64,000 nt of DNA, taken from assembly GCA_964016885.1 (NCBI GenBank), contig OZ024743.1:135470001-135534000 (forward strand). Reading direction: 5' to 3'. Positions 36,301-48,470 of this stretch are shown in pieces; the stretch's first letter is position 1; each line of letters begins with the position of its first letter. The notes beneath the pieces are model-generated. The model had not been told where the DNA came from. It made no database searches and saw only the letters and a list, made by a program, of their open reading frames with translations. Made by a program: the position numbers and the translations under genes. This DNA is from Eledone cirrhosa (lineage: Eukaryota).

Positions 36301-39300
36301 TGGTGCTTTGGTTTGGTGTTTGGTGTTTGGTGTATGGTGCAGGGTGCTTGGTGATTGGTGCTTGGTGCTTGGTGTTTGGTGCCTGGTGCTTGGTGCTTGG
36401 TGTTTGGTGTTTGGTGCTTGGAGTTTGGTGTTTGGTGCTTGCTGCTTGGTGTTTTGTGTTTGGTGTTTGGTTTTTGGTGCTTGGTGCTTGGTGCTTGGTG
36501 CTTGGTCCTTGGTGTTTGGTGCTTGGTGCTTGGTGTTTGTACTTGGTGCTTGGTGCTTGGTGTTTGGTTCTTGGTTCTTGGTGTTTGGTGCTTGGTGCTT
36601 GGTGCTTGGTGTTTGGTGTTTGGTGCTTGGTGCTTGGTGTTTGGTGCTTGGTGTTTGGTGTTTGCTGTTTGGTGTTTCGTGTTTGGTGTTTGGTGTTTGC
36701 TGTTTGGTGTCTGCTTTTTGGTGTTTGGTGTTTGCTGTATGGTGTTTGCTGTTTCGTGTTTGGTGTTTGCTGATTGGTGTTTGGTGTTTGCTGTTTGGTG
36801 TTTGGTCTTTGGTGCTTGGTGTTTGGTGCTTGGTGCTTGGTGTTTGGTGTTTGGTGCTTGGTTCTTGGTGCTTCGTGTTTGGTGTTTGGTGCTTGGTGTC
36901 TGGAGCTTGGTGTTTGGTGTTTGGTGCTTGGTGTTTGGTGTTTGGTGCTTGGTGCTTGGTGTTTGGTGCTTGGTGCTTGGTGTTTGTACTTGGTGCTTGG
37001 TGCTTGGTGTTTGGTGCTTGGTTCTTGTTGTTTGGTGCTTGGTGTTTGGTGCTTGGTGCTTGGTGTTTGGTGCTTGGTGCTTGGTGCTTGGTGCTTGGTG
37101 TTAGGTGTTTGGTGCTTGGTGCTTCGTGTTTGGTGTTTGGTTCTTGGTGCTTGGTATTTGGTGCTTGGTGCTTGCTGCTTGGTGTTTGGTGCTTGGTGAT
37201 TGATGCTTGGTGTTTGGTGCTTGGTGCTTGGTGTTTGGTTTTTGGTGCTAGGTGCTTGGTGCTTGGTGTTTGGTGCTTGGTGTTTGGTGTTTGGTGCTTG
37301 GTGCTTGGTGTTTGGTACTTGGTGCTTGGTGCTTGGTGTTTGGTGCTTGGTGCTTGGTGTTTGGTGTTTGGTGTTTGGTGCTTGGTGCTTGGTGTTTGGT
37401 GCTTGGTGCTTGGTGCTGGGTGGTTGGTGTTTGGTGCTTGGTGCTTGGTGTTTGGTGCTAGGTGCATGGTGCTTGGTGTTTGGTGCTTGGTGCTTGGTGC
37501 TTGGTCTTTGGTGTTTGGTGTTTAGTGCTTGCTGCTTGGTGCTTGGTGCTTGGTGCTTGGTCCTTGGTGTTTGGTGTTTGGTGCTTGGTGTTTGGTGTTT
37601 GGTGCTTGGTGCTTGGTGTTTGGTGCTTGGTGCTTGGTGTTTGTACTTGGTGCTTGGTGCTTGGTGTTTGGTGCTTGGTTCTTGGTGTTTGGTGCTTGGT
37701 GTTTGGAGCTTGGTGCTTGGTGTTTGGTGCTTGGTGCTTGGTGTTTGTACTTGGTGCTTGGTGCTTGCTGTTTGGTGCTTGGTTCTTGGTGTTTGGTGCT
37801 TGGTGTTTGGAGCTTGGTGCTTGGTGTTTGGTGCTTGGTGCTTGGTGTTTGGTGTTTGGTGCCTGGTGCTTGGTGTTTGGTGTTTGGTGCTTGGTGTTTG
37901 GTGTTTGGTGCTTGGTGCTTGGTGTTTGTTGCTTGGTACTTGGTGCATGGTGTTTGGTGCTGGGTGCTTGGTGTTTGGTGCTTGGTGTTTGGTGCTTGGT
38001 GCTTGGTGTTTGGTGTTTGGTGTTTGATGCTTGGTGTTTTATGCTTGGTGCTTGGTGTTTGGTGCTTGGTGTTTGTACTTGGTGCTTGGTGCTTGGTGTT
38101 TTGTGCTTGGTTCTTGGGGTTTGGTGTTTGGTGCTTGGTACTTGGTGCTTGGTGTTAGGTGTTTGGTGCTTGGTGCTTGGTGTTTGGTGTTTGGTCCTTG
38201 GTGCTTGGTGCTTGGTGTTTAGTGCTTGGTGCTTGGTGTTTGTTGTTTGGTGCTTTCTGTTTGCTGCTTGGTGTTTGCTGCTTGGTGCTTGGTGCTTGGT
38301 GTTTGGTGTTTGGTGCTAGGTGCTTGGTGTTTGGTGTTTGGTGTTTGATGCTTGGGGCTTGGTGTTTGGTGCTTGGTGCTTGGTGCTTGGTGCTTGGTGT
38401 TTGGTGCTTGGTGCTTGGTGTTTGGTGTTTGGTGTTTGGTGCTTGGTGCTTGGTGTTTGGTGCTTGGTGCTTGGTGCTGGGTGGTTGGTATTTGGTGCTT
38501 GGTGCTTGGTGTTTGGTGCTTGGTGCTTGGTGCTTGGTGTTTGGTGCTTGGTGCTTGGTGCTTGGTCTTTGGTGCTTGGTGTTTGGTGTTTGGTGCTTGG
38601 TGCTTTGTGTTTGGTGCTTGGTGATTAGTGTTTGGTGCTTGGTACTTGGTGTTTGGTGCTTGGTGTTTGGTGTTTGCTGTTTGGTGTTTGGTGTTTGCTG
38701 TTTGCTGTTTGGTGTCTGCTTTTTGGTGTTTGGTGTTTGCTGTATGGTGTTTGCTGTTTCGTGTTTGGTGTTTGCTGTTTGGTGTTTGGTGTTTGCTGTT
38801 TGGTGTTTGGTCTTTGGTGCTTGGTGTTTGGTGCTTGGTGCTTGGTGTTTGGTGTTTGGTGCTTGGTGCTTGTTGCTTGGTGTTTGGTGCTTGGTGTCTG
38901 GTGCTTGGTGTCTGGTGCTTGGTGTTTGGTGTTTGGTGTTTGGTGCTTGGTGTTTGGTGTTTGGTGTTTGGTGTTTGGTGCTTGTTGCTTGGTGCTTGGT
39001 GCTTGGTGTTTGGTGCTTGGTGCTTGGTGTTTGGTGCTGGGTGCTTGGTGTTTGGTGCTTGGTGCTTGGTGCTTGGTGTTTGGTGTTTGGTGCTTGGTGC
39101 TTGGTGTTTGGTGTTTGGTGTTATATGCTTGGTGTTTGATGCTTGGTGCTTGGTGCTTGGTGTTTGGTGTTTGGTGCTTGGTGTTTTATGCTTGGTGTTT
39201 GATGTTTGGTGCTTGGTGCTTGGTTTTTGGTGCTTGGTGCTTGGTGTTTCTACTTGGTGCTTGGTGCTTGGTTCTTGGTGTTTGGTGCTTGGTGCTTGGT

Positions 39301-39879
39301 GCTTGGTGCTTGGTGTTTGGTGCTTGGTGTTTGGTGCTTGGTGTTTGGTGCTTGGTGCCTGGTGCTTGGTGCTTGGTGCTTGGTGTTTGGTGCTTGGTGT
39401 TTGGTGCTTGGTATTAGGTGTTTGGTGCTTGGTGCTTGGTGTTTGGTGTTTGGTGCTTGGTGTTTGGTGCTTGGTGTTTGGTGTTTGGTGCTTGGTGTTT
39501 GGTGCTTGGTACTTGGTGCTTGGTGCTTGGTGTTAGGTGTTTGGTGCTTGGGCTTGGTGTTTGGTTTTTGGTGCTTGGTGCTTGGTGTTTGGTGTTTGGT
39601 GCTTGCTGCTGGCTGCTTGGTGTTTGGTGCTTGGTGATTGGTGCTTGGTGTTTGGTGCTTGGTGTTTGGTGTTTGGTACTAGGTGCTTGGTGCTTGGTGT
39701 TTGGTGCTTGGTGCTTGGTGTTTGGTGTTTGGTGCTTGGTGCTTGGTGTTTGGTGTTTCCTGTTTGCTGTTTGGTGTTTGGTGTTTGGTGTTTGCTGTTT
39801 GGTGTTTGGTGCTTGGTGCTTGGTGTTTGGTGCTTGGTGCTTGGTGTTTGGTGCCTGGTGCTTGGGGCTTGGTGTTTGG

Positions 39880-42800
39880 TGTTTGGTGCTTGGTGCTTGG
39901 AGTTTGGTGTTTGGTGCTTGGTGCTTGGTGTTTTGTGTTTGGTGTTTGGTTTTTGGTGCTTGGTGCTTGGTGCTTGGTGCTTGGTCCTTGGTGTTTGGTG
40001 CTTGGTGCTTGGTGTTTGTACTTGGTGCTTGGTGCTTGGTGTTTGGTTCTTGGTTCTTGGTGTTTGGTACTTGGTGCTTGGTGCTTGGTGTTTGGTGCTT
40101 GGTGCTTGGTGTTTGGTGTTTGGTGTTTGGTGCTTGGTGCTTGGTGTTTGGTGCTTGGTGCTTGGTGCTGGGTGGTTGGTATTTGGTGCTTGGTGCTTGG
40201 TGTTTGGTGCTTGGTGCTTGGTGCTTGGTGTTTGGTGCTTGGTGCTTGGTGCTTGGTCTTTGGTGCTTGGTGTTTGGTGTTTGGTGCTTGGTGCTTTGTG
40301 TTTGGTGCTTGGTGATTAGTGTTTGGTGCTTGGTACTTGGTGTTTGGTGCTTGGTGTTTGGTGTTTGCTGTTTGGTGTTTGGTGTTTGGTGTTTGCTGTT
40401 TGGTGTCTGCTTTTTGGTGTTTGGTGTTTGCTGTATGGTGTTTGCTGTTTCGTGTTTGGTGTTTGCTGTTTGGTGTTTGGTGTTTGCTGTTTGGTGTTTG
40501 GTCTTTGGTGCTTGGTGTTTGGTGCTTGGTGCTTGGTGTTTGGTGTTTGGTGCTTGGTGTTTGGTGTTTGGTGCTTGGTGCTTGGTGCTTGGTGTTTGGT
40601 GCTTGGTGTCTGGTGCTTGGTGTCTGGTGCTTGGTGTTTGGTGTTTGGTGTTTGGTGCTTGGTGTTTGGTGTTTGGTGTTTGGTGTTTGGTGCTTGTTGC
40701 TTGGTGCTTGGTGCTTGGTGTTTGGTGCTTGGTGCTTGGTGTTTGGTGCTGGGTGCTTGGTGTTTGGTGCTTGGTGCTTGGTGTTTGGTGTTTGGTGCTT
40801 GGTGCTTGGTGTTTGGTGTTTGGTGTTATATGCTTGGTGTTTGGTGCTTGGTGCTTGGTGTTTGGTGTTTGGTTCTTGATGCTTGGTATTTGGTGCTTGG
40901 TGCTTGCTGCTTGGTGTTTGGTGCTTGGTGATTGATGCTTGGTGTTTGGTGCTTGGTGCTTGGTGTTTGGTTTTTGGTGCTAGGTGCTTGGTGCTTGGTG
41001 TTTGGTGCTTGGTGTTTGGTGTTTGGTGCTTGGTGCTTGGTGTTTGGTACTTGGTGCTTGGTGCTTGGTGTTTGGTGCTTGGTGCTTGGTGTTTGGTGTT
41101 TGGTGTTTGGTGCTTGGTGCTTGGTGTTTGGTGCTTGGTGCTGGGTGGTTGGTGTTTGGTGCTTGGTGCTTGGTGTTTTGTGCTAGGTGCATGGTGCCTG
41201 GTGTTTGGTGCTTGGTGCTTGGTGCTTGGTCTTTGGTGTTTGGTGTTTAGTGCTTGGTGCTTGGTGCTTGGTGCTTGGTGCTTGGTGCTTGGTCCTTGGT
41301 GTTTGGTGCTTGGTGCTTGGTATTTGGTGTTTGGTGCTTGGTGCTTGGTGCTTCGTGTTTGGTGTTTGGTGCTTGGTGTTTGGTGTTTGGTGCTTGGTAC
41401 TTGGTGTTTGGTGCTTGGTGTTTGGTGCTTGCTGTTTGGTGTTTGGTGTTTGCTGTTTGCTGTTTGGTGTCTGCTTTTTGGTGTTTGGTGTTTGCTGTAT
41501 GGTGTTTGCTGTTTCGTGTTTGGTGTTTGCTGTTTGGTGTTTGGTGTTTGCTGTTTGGTGTTTGGTCTTTGGTGCTTGGTGTTTGGTGCTTGGTGCTTGG
41601 TGTTTGGTGTTTGGTGCTTGGTGCTTGGTGCTTGGTGTTTGGTGCTTGGTGTCTGGTGCTTGGTGTCTGGTGCTTGGTGTTTGGTGTTTGGTGTTTGGTG
41701 CTTGGTGTTTGGTGTTTGGTGTTTGGTGTTTGGTGCTTGTTGCTTGGTGCTTGGTGCTTGGTGCTTGGTCCTTGGTGTTTGGTGCTTGGTGCTTGGTGTT
41801 TGGTGTTTGGTGCATGGTGCTTGGTGCTTCGTGTTTGGTGTTTGGTGCTTGGTGTCTGGAGCTTGGTGTTTGGTGTTTGGTGCTTGGTGTTTGGTGTTTG
41901 GTGCTTGGTGCTTGGTGTTTGGTGCTTGGTGCTTGGTGCTTGGTGTTTGGTGCTTGGTGCTTGGTGCTTGGTCTTTGGTGCTTGGTGTTTGGTGTTTGGT
42001 GCTTGCTGCTTTGTGTTTGGTGCTTGGTGATTAGTGTTTGGTGCTTGGTACTTGGTGTTTGGTGCTTGGTGTTTGGTGTTTGCTGTTTGGTGTTTGGTGT
42101 TTGCTGTTTGCTGTTTGGTGTCTGCTTTTTGGTGTTTGGTGTTTGCTGTATGGTGTTTGCTGTTTCGTGTTTGGCGTTTGCTGTTTGGTGTTTGGTCTTT
42201 GGTGCTTGGTGTTTGGTACTTGGTGCTTGGTGTTTGGTGTTTGGTGCTTGGTGCTTGGTGCTTGGTGTTTGGTGCTTGGTGTCTGGTGCTTGGTGTCTGG
42301 TGCTTGGTGTTTGGTGTTTGGTGTTTGGTGCTTGGTGTTTGGTGTTTGGTGTTTGGTGTTTGGTGCTTGTTGCTTGGTGCTTGGTGCTTGGTGTTTGGTG
42401 CTTGGTGCTTGTTGTTTGGTGCTGGGTTCTTGGTGTTTGGTGTTTGGTGCTTGGTGCTTGGTGTTTGGTGTTTGGTGTTATATGCTTGGTGTTTGATGCT
42501 TGGTGCTTGGTGCTTGGTGTTTGGTGTTTGGTGCTTGGTGTTTTATGCTTGGTGTTTGATGTTTGGTGCTTGGTGCTTGGTGTTTGGTGCTTGGTGCTTG
42601 GTGTTTCTACTTGGTGCTGGGTGCTTGGTGTTTGGTTCTTGGTTCTTGGTGTTTGGTACTTGGTGCTTGGTGCTTGGTGTTTGGTGCTTGGTGCTTGGAG
42701 TTTGGTGTTTGGTGCTTGGTGCTTGGTGTTTTGTGTTTGGTGTTTGGTTTTTGGTGCTTGGTGCTTGGTGCTTGGTGCTTGGTCCTTGGTGTTTGGTGCT

Positions 42801-44090
42801 TGGTGCTTGGTGTTTGTACTTGGTGCTTGGTGCTTGGTGTTTGGTTCTTGGTTCTTGGTGTTTGGTACTTGGTGCTTGGTGCTTGGTGTTTGGTGCTTGG
42901 TGCTTGGTGTTTGGTGTTTGGTGTTTGGTGCTTGGTGCTTGGCGTTTGGTGCTTGGTGCTTGGTGCTGGGTGGTTGGTATTTGGTGCTTGGTGCTTGGTG
43001 TTTGGTGCTTGGTGCTTGGTGCTTGGTGTTTGGTGCTTGGTGCTTGGTGCTTGGTCTTTGGTGCTTGGTGTTTGGTGTTTGGTGCTTGGTGCTTTGTGTT
43101 TGGTGCTTGGTGATTAGTGTTTGGTGCTTGGTACTTGGTGTTTGGTGCTTGGTGTTTGGTGTTTGCTGTTTGGTGTTTGGTGTTTGGTGTTTGCTGTTTG
43201 GTGTCTGCTTTTTGCTGTTTGGTGTTTGCTGTATGGTGTTTGCTGTTTCGTGTTTGGTGTTTGCTGTTTGGTGTTTGGTCTTTGGTGCTTGGTGTTTGGT
43301 GCTTGGTGCTTGGTGTTTGGTGTTTGGTGCTTGGTGTTTGGTGTTTGGTGCTTGGTGCTTTGTGCTTGGTGTTTGGTGCTTGGTGTCTGGTGCTTGGTGT
43401 CTGGTGCTTGGTGTTTGGTGTTTGGTGTTTGGTGCTTGGTGTTTGGTGTTTGGTGTTTGGTGTTTGGTGCTTGTTGCTTGGTGCTTGGTGCTTGGTGTTT
43501 GGTGCTGGGTGCTTGGTGTTTGGTGCTTGGTGCTTGGTGTTTGGTGTTTGGTGCTTGGTGCTTGGTGTTTGGTGTTTGGTGTTATATGCTTGGTGTTTGG
43601 TGCTTGGTGCTTGGTGTTTGGTGTTTGGTTCTTGATGCTTGGTATTTGGTGCTTGGTGCTTGCTGCTTGGTGTTTGGTGCTTGGTGATTGATGCTTGGTG
43701 TTTGGTGCTTGGTGCTTGGTGTTTGGTTTTTGGTGCTAGGTGCTTGGTGCTTGGTGTTTGGTGCTTGGTGTTTGGTGTTTGGTGCTTGGTGCTTGGTGTT
43801 TGGTACTTGGTGCTTGGTGCTTGGTGTTTGGTGCTTGGTGCTTGGTGTTTGGTGTTTGGTGTTTGGTGCTTGGTGCTTGGTGTTTGGTGCTTGGTGCTGG
43901 GTGGTTGGTATTTGGTGCTTGGTGCTTGGTGTTTTGTGCTAGGTGCATGGTGCCTGGTGTTTGGTGCTTGGTGCTTGGTGCTTGGTCTTTGGTGTTTGGT
44001 GTTTAGTGCTTGGTGCTTGGTGCTTGGTGCTTGGTGCTTGGTGCTTGGTCCTTGGTGTTTGGTGCTTGGTGCTTGGTGTTTGGTGTTTGG
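39880..44090 (+). repeat. ~2.76-2.80-kb spaced duplication (block at about 39.9-41.3 kb repeated at about 42.7-44.1 kb)
   Basis: ORF patterns 40319->43117 (+2798); 40883->43639 and 40980->43736 (+2756); TTATATGC 40826->43582 (+2756). Confidence 0.7.
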
Positions 44091-46094
44091 TGCTTGGTGT
44101 CTGGAGCTTTGTGTTTGGTGTTTGGTGCTTGGTGTTTGGTGTTTGGTGCTTGGTGCTTGGTGTTTGGTGCTTGGTGCTTGGTGCTTGGTGTTTGGTGCTT
44201 GGTGCTTGGTGCTTGGTCTTTGGTGCTTGGTGTTTGGTGTTTGGTGCTTGGTGCTTTGTGTTTGGTGCTTGGTGATTAGTGTTTGGTGCTTGGTACTTGG
44301 TGTTTGGTGCTTGGTGTTTGGTGTTTGCTGTTTGGTGTTTGGTGTTTGCTGTTTGATGTTTGGTGTCTGCTTTTTGGTGTTTGGTGTTTGCTGTATGGTG
44401 TTTGCTGTTTCGTGTTTGGTGTTTGCTGTTTGGTGTTTGGTGTTTGCTGTTTGGTGTTTGGTCTTTGGTGGTTGGTGTTTGGTGCTTGGTGCTTGGTGTT
44501 TGGTGTTTGGTGCTTGGTGCTTGGTGCTTGGTGTTTGGTGCTTGGTGTCTGGTGCTTGGTGTCTGGTGCTTGGTGTTTGGTGTTTGGTGTTTGGTGCTTG
44601 GTGTTTGGTGTTTGGTGTTTGGTGTTTGGTGCTTGTTGCTTGGTGCTTGGTGCTTGGTGTTTGGTGCTTGGTGCTTGGTGTTTGGTGCTGGGTGCTTGGT
44701 GTTTGGTGCTTGGTGCTTGGTGCTTGGTGTTTGGTGTTTGGTGCTTGGTGCTTGGTGTTTGGTGTTTGGTGTTATATGCTTGGTGTTTGATGCTTGGTGC
44801 TTGGTGCTTGGTGTTTGGTGTTTGGTGCTTGGTGTTTTATGCTTGGTGTTTGATGTTTGGTGCTTGGTGCTTGGTGTTTGGTTCTTGGTGCTTGGTGTTT
44901 CTACTTGGTGCTTGGTGCTTGGTTCTTGGTGTTTGGTGCTTGGTGCTTGGTGCTTGGTGCTTGGTGTTTGGTGCTTGGTGTTTGGTGCTTGGTGTTTGGT
45001 GCTTGGTGCCTGGTGCTTGGTGCTTGGTGCTTGGTGTTTGGTGCTTGGTGTTTGGTGCTTGGTATTAGGTGTTTGGTGCTTGGTGCTTGGTGTTTGGTGT
45101 TTGGTGCTTGGTGTTTGGTGCTTGGTGTTTGGTGTTTGGTGCTTGGTGTTTGGTGCTTGGTACTTGGTGCTTGGTGCTTGGTGTTAGGTGTTTGGTGCTT
45201 GGTGCTTGGTGTTTGGTTTTTGGTGCTTGGTGCTTGGTGTTTGGTGTTTGGTGCTTGCTGCTGGCTGCTTGGTGTTTGGTGCTTGGTGATTGGTGCTTGG
45301 TGTTTGGTGCTTGGTGTTTGGTGTTTGGTACTAGGTGCTTGGTGCTTGGTGTTTGGTGCTTGGTGCTTGGTGTTTGGTGTTTGGTGATTAGTGCTTGGTG
45401 TTTGGTGCTTGGTGCTGGGTTCTGGGTGGTTGGTGTTTGGTGCTTGGTGTTTGGTGCTGGGTGCTTGGTGTTTGGTGCTTGGTGCTTCGTCTTTGGTGTT
45501 TGGTGTTTGGTGTTTGGGGCTTGGTGCTTGGTGCTTGGTGTTTGGTGCTTGGTGCTTGGTGTTTGGTGCTTGGTGCTTAGTGTTTGGTGCTAGGTGCTTG
45601 GGGTTTGGTGTTTGGTGCTTGGTGCTTGGTGTTTGGTGCTTGGTGCTTGGTGTTTGGTGTTTGGTGCTTGGTGCTTGGTGTTTGGTGTTTCCTGTTTGCT
45701 GTTTGGTGTTTGGTGTTTGGTGTTTGCTGTTTGGTGTCTGCTTTTTGGTGCTTGGTGCTTGGTGCTTGGTCTTTGGTGCTTGGTGCTTGGTGTTTGGTGC
45801 TTGGTGCTTTGTGTTTGGTGCTTGGTGATTAGTGTTTGGTGCTTGGTACTTGGTGTTTGGTGCTTGGTGTTTGGTGCTTGCTGTTTGGTGTTTGGTGTTT
45901 GCTGTTTGCTGTTTGGTGTCTGCTTTTTGGTGTTTGGTGTTTGCTGTATGGTGTTTGCTGTTTCGTGTTTGGTGTTTGCTGTTTGGTGTTTGGTGTTTGC
46001 TGTTTGGTGTTTGGTCTTTGGTGCTTGGTGTTTGGTGCTTGGTGCTTGGTGTTTGGTGTTTGGTGCTTGGTGCTTGGTGCTTGGTGTTTGGTGC

Positions 46095-46680
46095 TTGGTG
46101 TCTGGTGCTTGGTGTCTGGTGCTTGGTGTTTGGTGTTTGGTGTTTGGTGCTTGGTGTTTGGTGTTTGGTGTTTGGTGTTTTGTGCTTGTTGCTTGGTGCT
46201 TGGTGCTTGGTGTTTGGTGCTTGGTGCTTGGTGTTTGGTGCTGGGTGCTTGGTGTTTGGTGCTTGGTGCTTGGTGCTTGGTGTTTGGTGTTTGGTGCTTG
46301 GTGCTTGGTGTTTGGTGTTTGGTGTTATATGCTTGGTGTTTGATGCTTGGTGCTTGGTGCTTGGTGTTTGGTGTTTGGTGCTTGGTGTTTTATGCTTGGT
46401 GTCTGGTGCTTGGTGTCTGGTGCTTGGTGTTTGGTGTTTGGTGTTTGGTGCTTGGTGTTTGGTGTTTGGTGTTTGGTGTTTGGTGCTTGTTGCTTGGTGC
46501 TTGGTGCTTGGTGTTTGGTGCTTGGTGCTTGGTGTTTGGTGCTGGGTGCTTGGTGTTTGGTGCTTGGTGCTTGGTGCTTGGTGTTTGGTGTTTGGTGCTT
46601 GGTGCTTGGTGTTTGGTGTTTGGTGTTATATGCTTGGTGTTTGATGCTTGGTGCTTGGTGCTTGGTGTTTGGTGTTTGGT
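46095..46680 (+). repeat. 301-bp (43-monomer) tandem duplication
   Basis: TTATATGC at 46325 and 46626. The double GTCTGG, TTGTTGC and GCTGGG landmarks also repeat at +301. Confidence 0.8.
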
Positions 46681-46689
46681 GTTTGGTGC

Positions 46690-48470
46690 TTGGTGTTTTA
46701 TGCTTGGTGTTTGATGTTTGGTGCTTGGTGCTTGGTGTTTGGTTCTTGGTGCTTGGTGTTTCTTCTTGGTGCTTGGTGCTTGGTTCTTGGTGTTTGGTGC
46801 TTGGTGCTTGGTGCTTGGTGCTTGGTGTTTGGTGCTTGGTGTTTGGTGCTTGGTGTTTGGTGCTTGGTGCCTGGTGCTTGGTGCTTGGTGCTTGGTGTTT
46901 GGTGCTTGGTGTTTGGTGCTTGGTATTAGGTGTTTGGTGCTTGGTGCTTGGTGTTTGGTGTTTGGTGCTTGGTGTTTGGTGCTTGGTGTTTGGTGTTTGG
47001 TGCTTGGTGTTTGGTGCTTGGTACTTGGTGCTTGGTGCTTGGTGTTAGGTGTTTGGTGCTTGGTGCTTGGTGTTTGGTTTTTGGTGCTTGGTGCTTGGTG
47101 TTTGGTGTTTGGTGCTTGCTGCTGGCTGCTTGGTGTTTGGTGCTTGGTGATTGGTGCTTGGTGTTTGGTGCTTGGTGTTTGGTGTTTGGTACTAGGTGCT
47201 TGGTGCTTGGTGTTTGGTGCTTGGTGCTTGGTGTTTGGTGTTTGGTGATTGGTGCTTGGTGTTTGGTGCTTGGTGCTGGGTTCTGGGTGGTTGGTGTTTG
47301 GTGCTTGGTGTTTGGTGCTGGGTGCTTGGTGTTTGGTGCTTGGTGCTTGGTCTTTGGTGTTTGGTGTTTGGTGTTTGGGGCTTGGTGCTTGGTGCTTGGT
47401 GTTTGGTGCTTGGTGCTTGGTGTTTGGTGCTTGGTGCTTAGTGTTTGGTGCTAGGTGCTTGGGGTTTGGTGTTTGGTGCTTGGTGCTTGGTGTTTGGTGC
47501 TTGGTGCTTGGTGTTTGGTGTTTGGTGCTTGGTGCTTGGTGTTTGGTGTTTGGTGTTATATGCTTGGTGTTTGATGCTTGGTGCTTGGTGCTTGGTGTTT
47601 GGTGTTTGGTGCTTGGTGTTTTATGCTTGGTGTTTGATGTTTGGTGCTTGGTGCTTGGTGTTTGGTTCTTGGTGCTTGGTGTTTCTACTTGGTGCTTGGT
47701 GCTTGGTTCTTGGTGTTTGGTGCTTGGTGCTTGGTGCTTGGTGCTTGGTGTTTGGTGCTTGGTGTTTGGTGCTTGGTGTTTGGTGCTTGGTGCCTGGTGC
47801 TTGGTGCTTGGTGCTTGGTGTTTGGTGCTTGGTGTTTGGTGCTTGGTATTAGGTGTTTGGTGCTTGGTGCTTGGTGTTTGGTGTTTGGTGCTTGGTGTTT
47901 GGTGCTTGGTGTTTGGTGTTTGGTGCTTGTTGTTTGGTGCTTGGTACTTGGTGCTTGGTGCTTGGTGTTAGGTGTTTGGTGCTTGGTGCTTGGTGTTTGG
48001 TTTTTGGTGCTTGGTGCTTGGTGTTTGGTGTTTGGTGCTTGCTGCTGGCTGCTTGGTGTTTGGTGCTTGGTGATTGGTGCTTGGTGTTTGGTGCTTGGTG
48101 TTTGGTGTTTGGTACTAGGTGCTTGGTGCTTGGTGTTTGGTGCTTGGTGCTTGGTGTTTGGTGTTTGGTGATTGGTGCTTGGTGTTTGGTGCTTGGTGCT
48201 GGGTTCTGGGTGGTTGGTGTTTGGTGCTTGGTGTTTGGTGCTGGGTGCTTGGTGTTTGGTGCTTGGTGCTTGGTCTTTGGTGTTTGGTGTTTGGTGTTTG
48301 GGGCTTGGTGCTTGGTGCTTGGTGTTTGGTGCTTGGTGCTTGGTGTTTGGTGCTTGGTGCTTAGTGTTTGGTGCTAGGTGCTTGGGGTTTGGTGTTTGGT
48401 GCTTGGTGCTTGGTGTTTGGTGCTTGGTGCTTGGTGTTTGGTGTTTGGTGCTTGGTGCTTGGTGTTTGGT
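46690..48470 (+). repeat. 923-bp tandem duplication (132 monomers, one of them 6 bp)
   Basis: ORF patterns 46718->47641, 46930->47853, 47196->48119 and 47249->48172 are all +923. Confidence 0.82.
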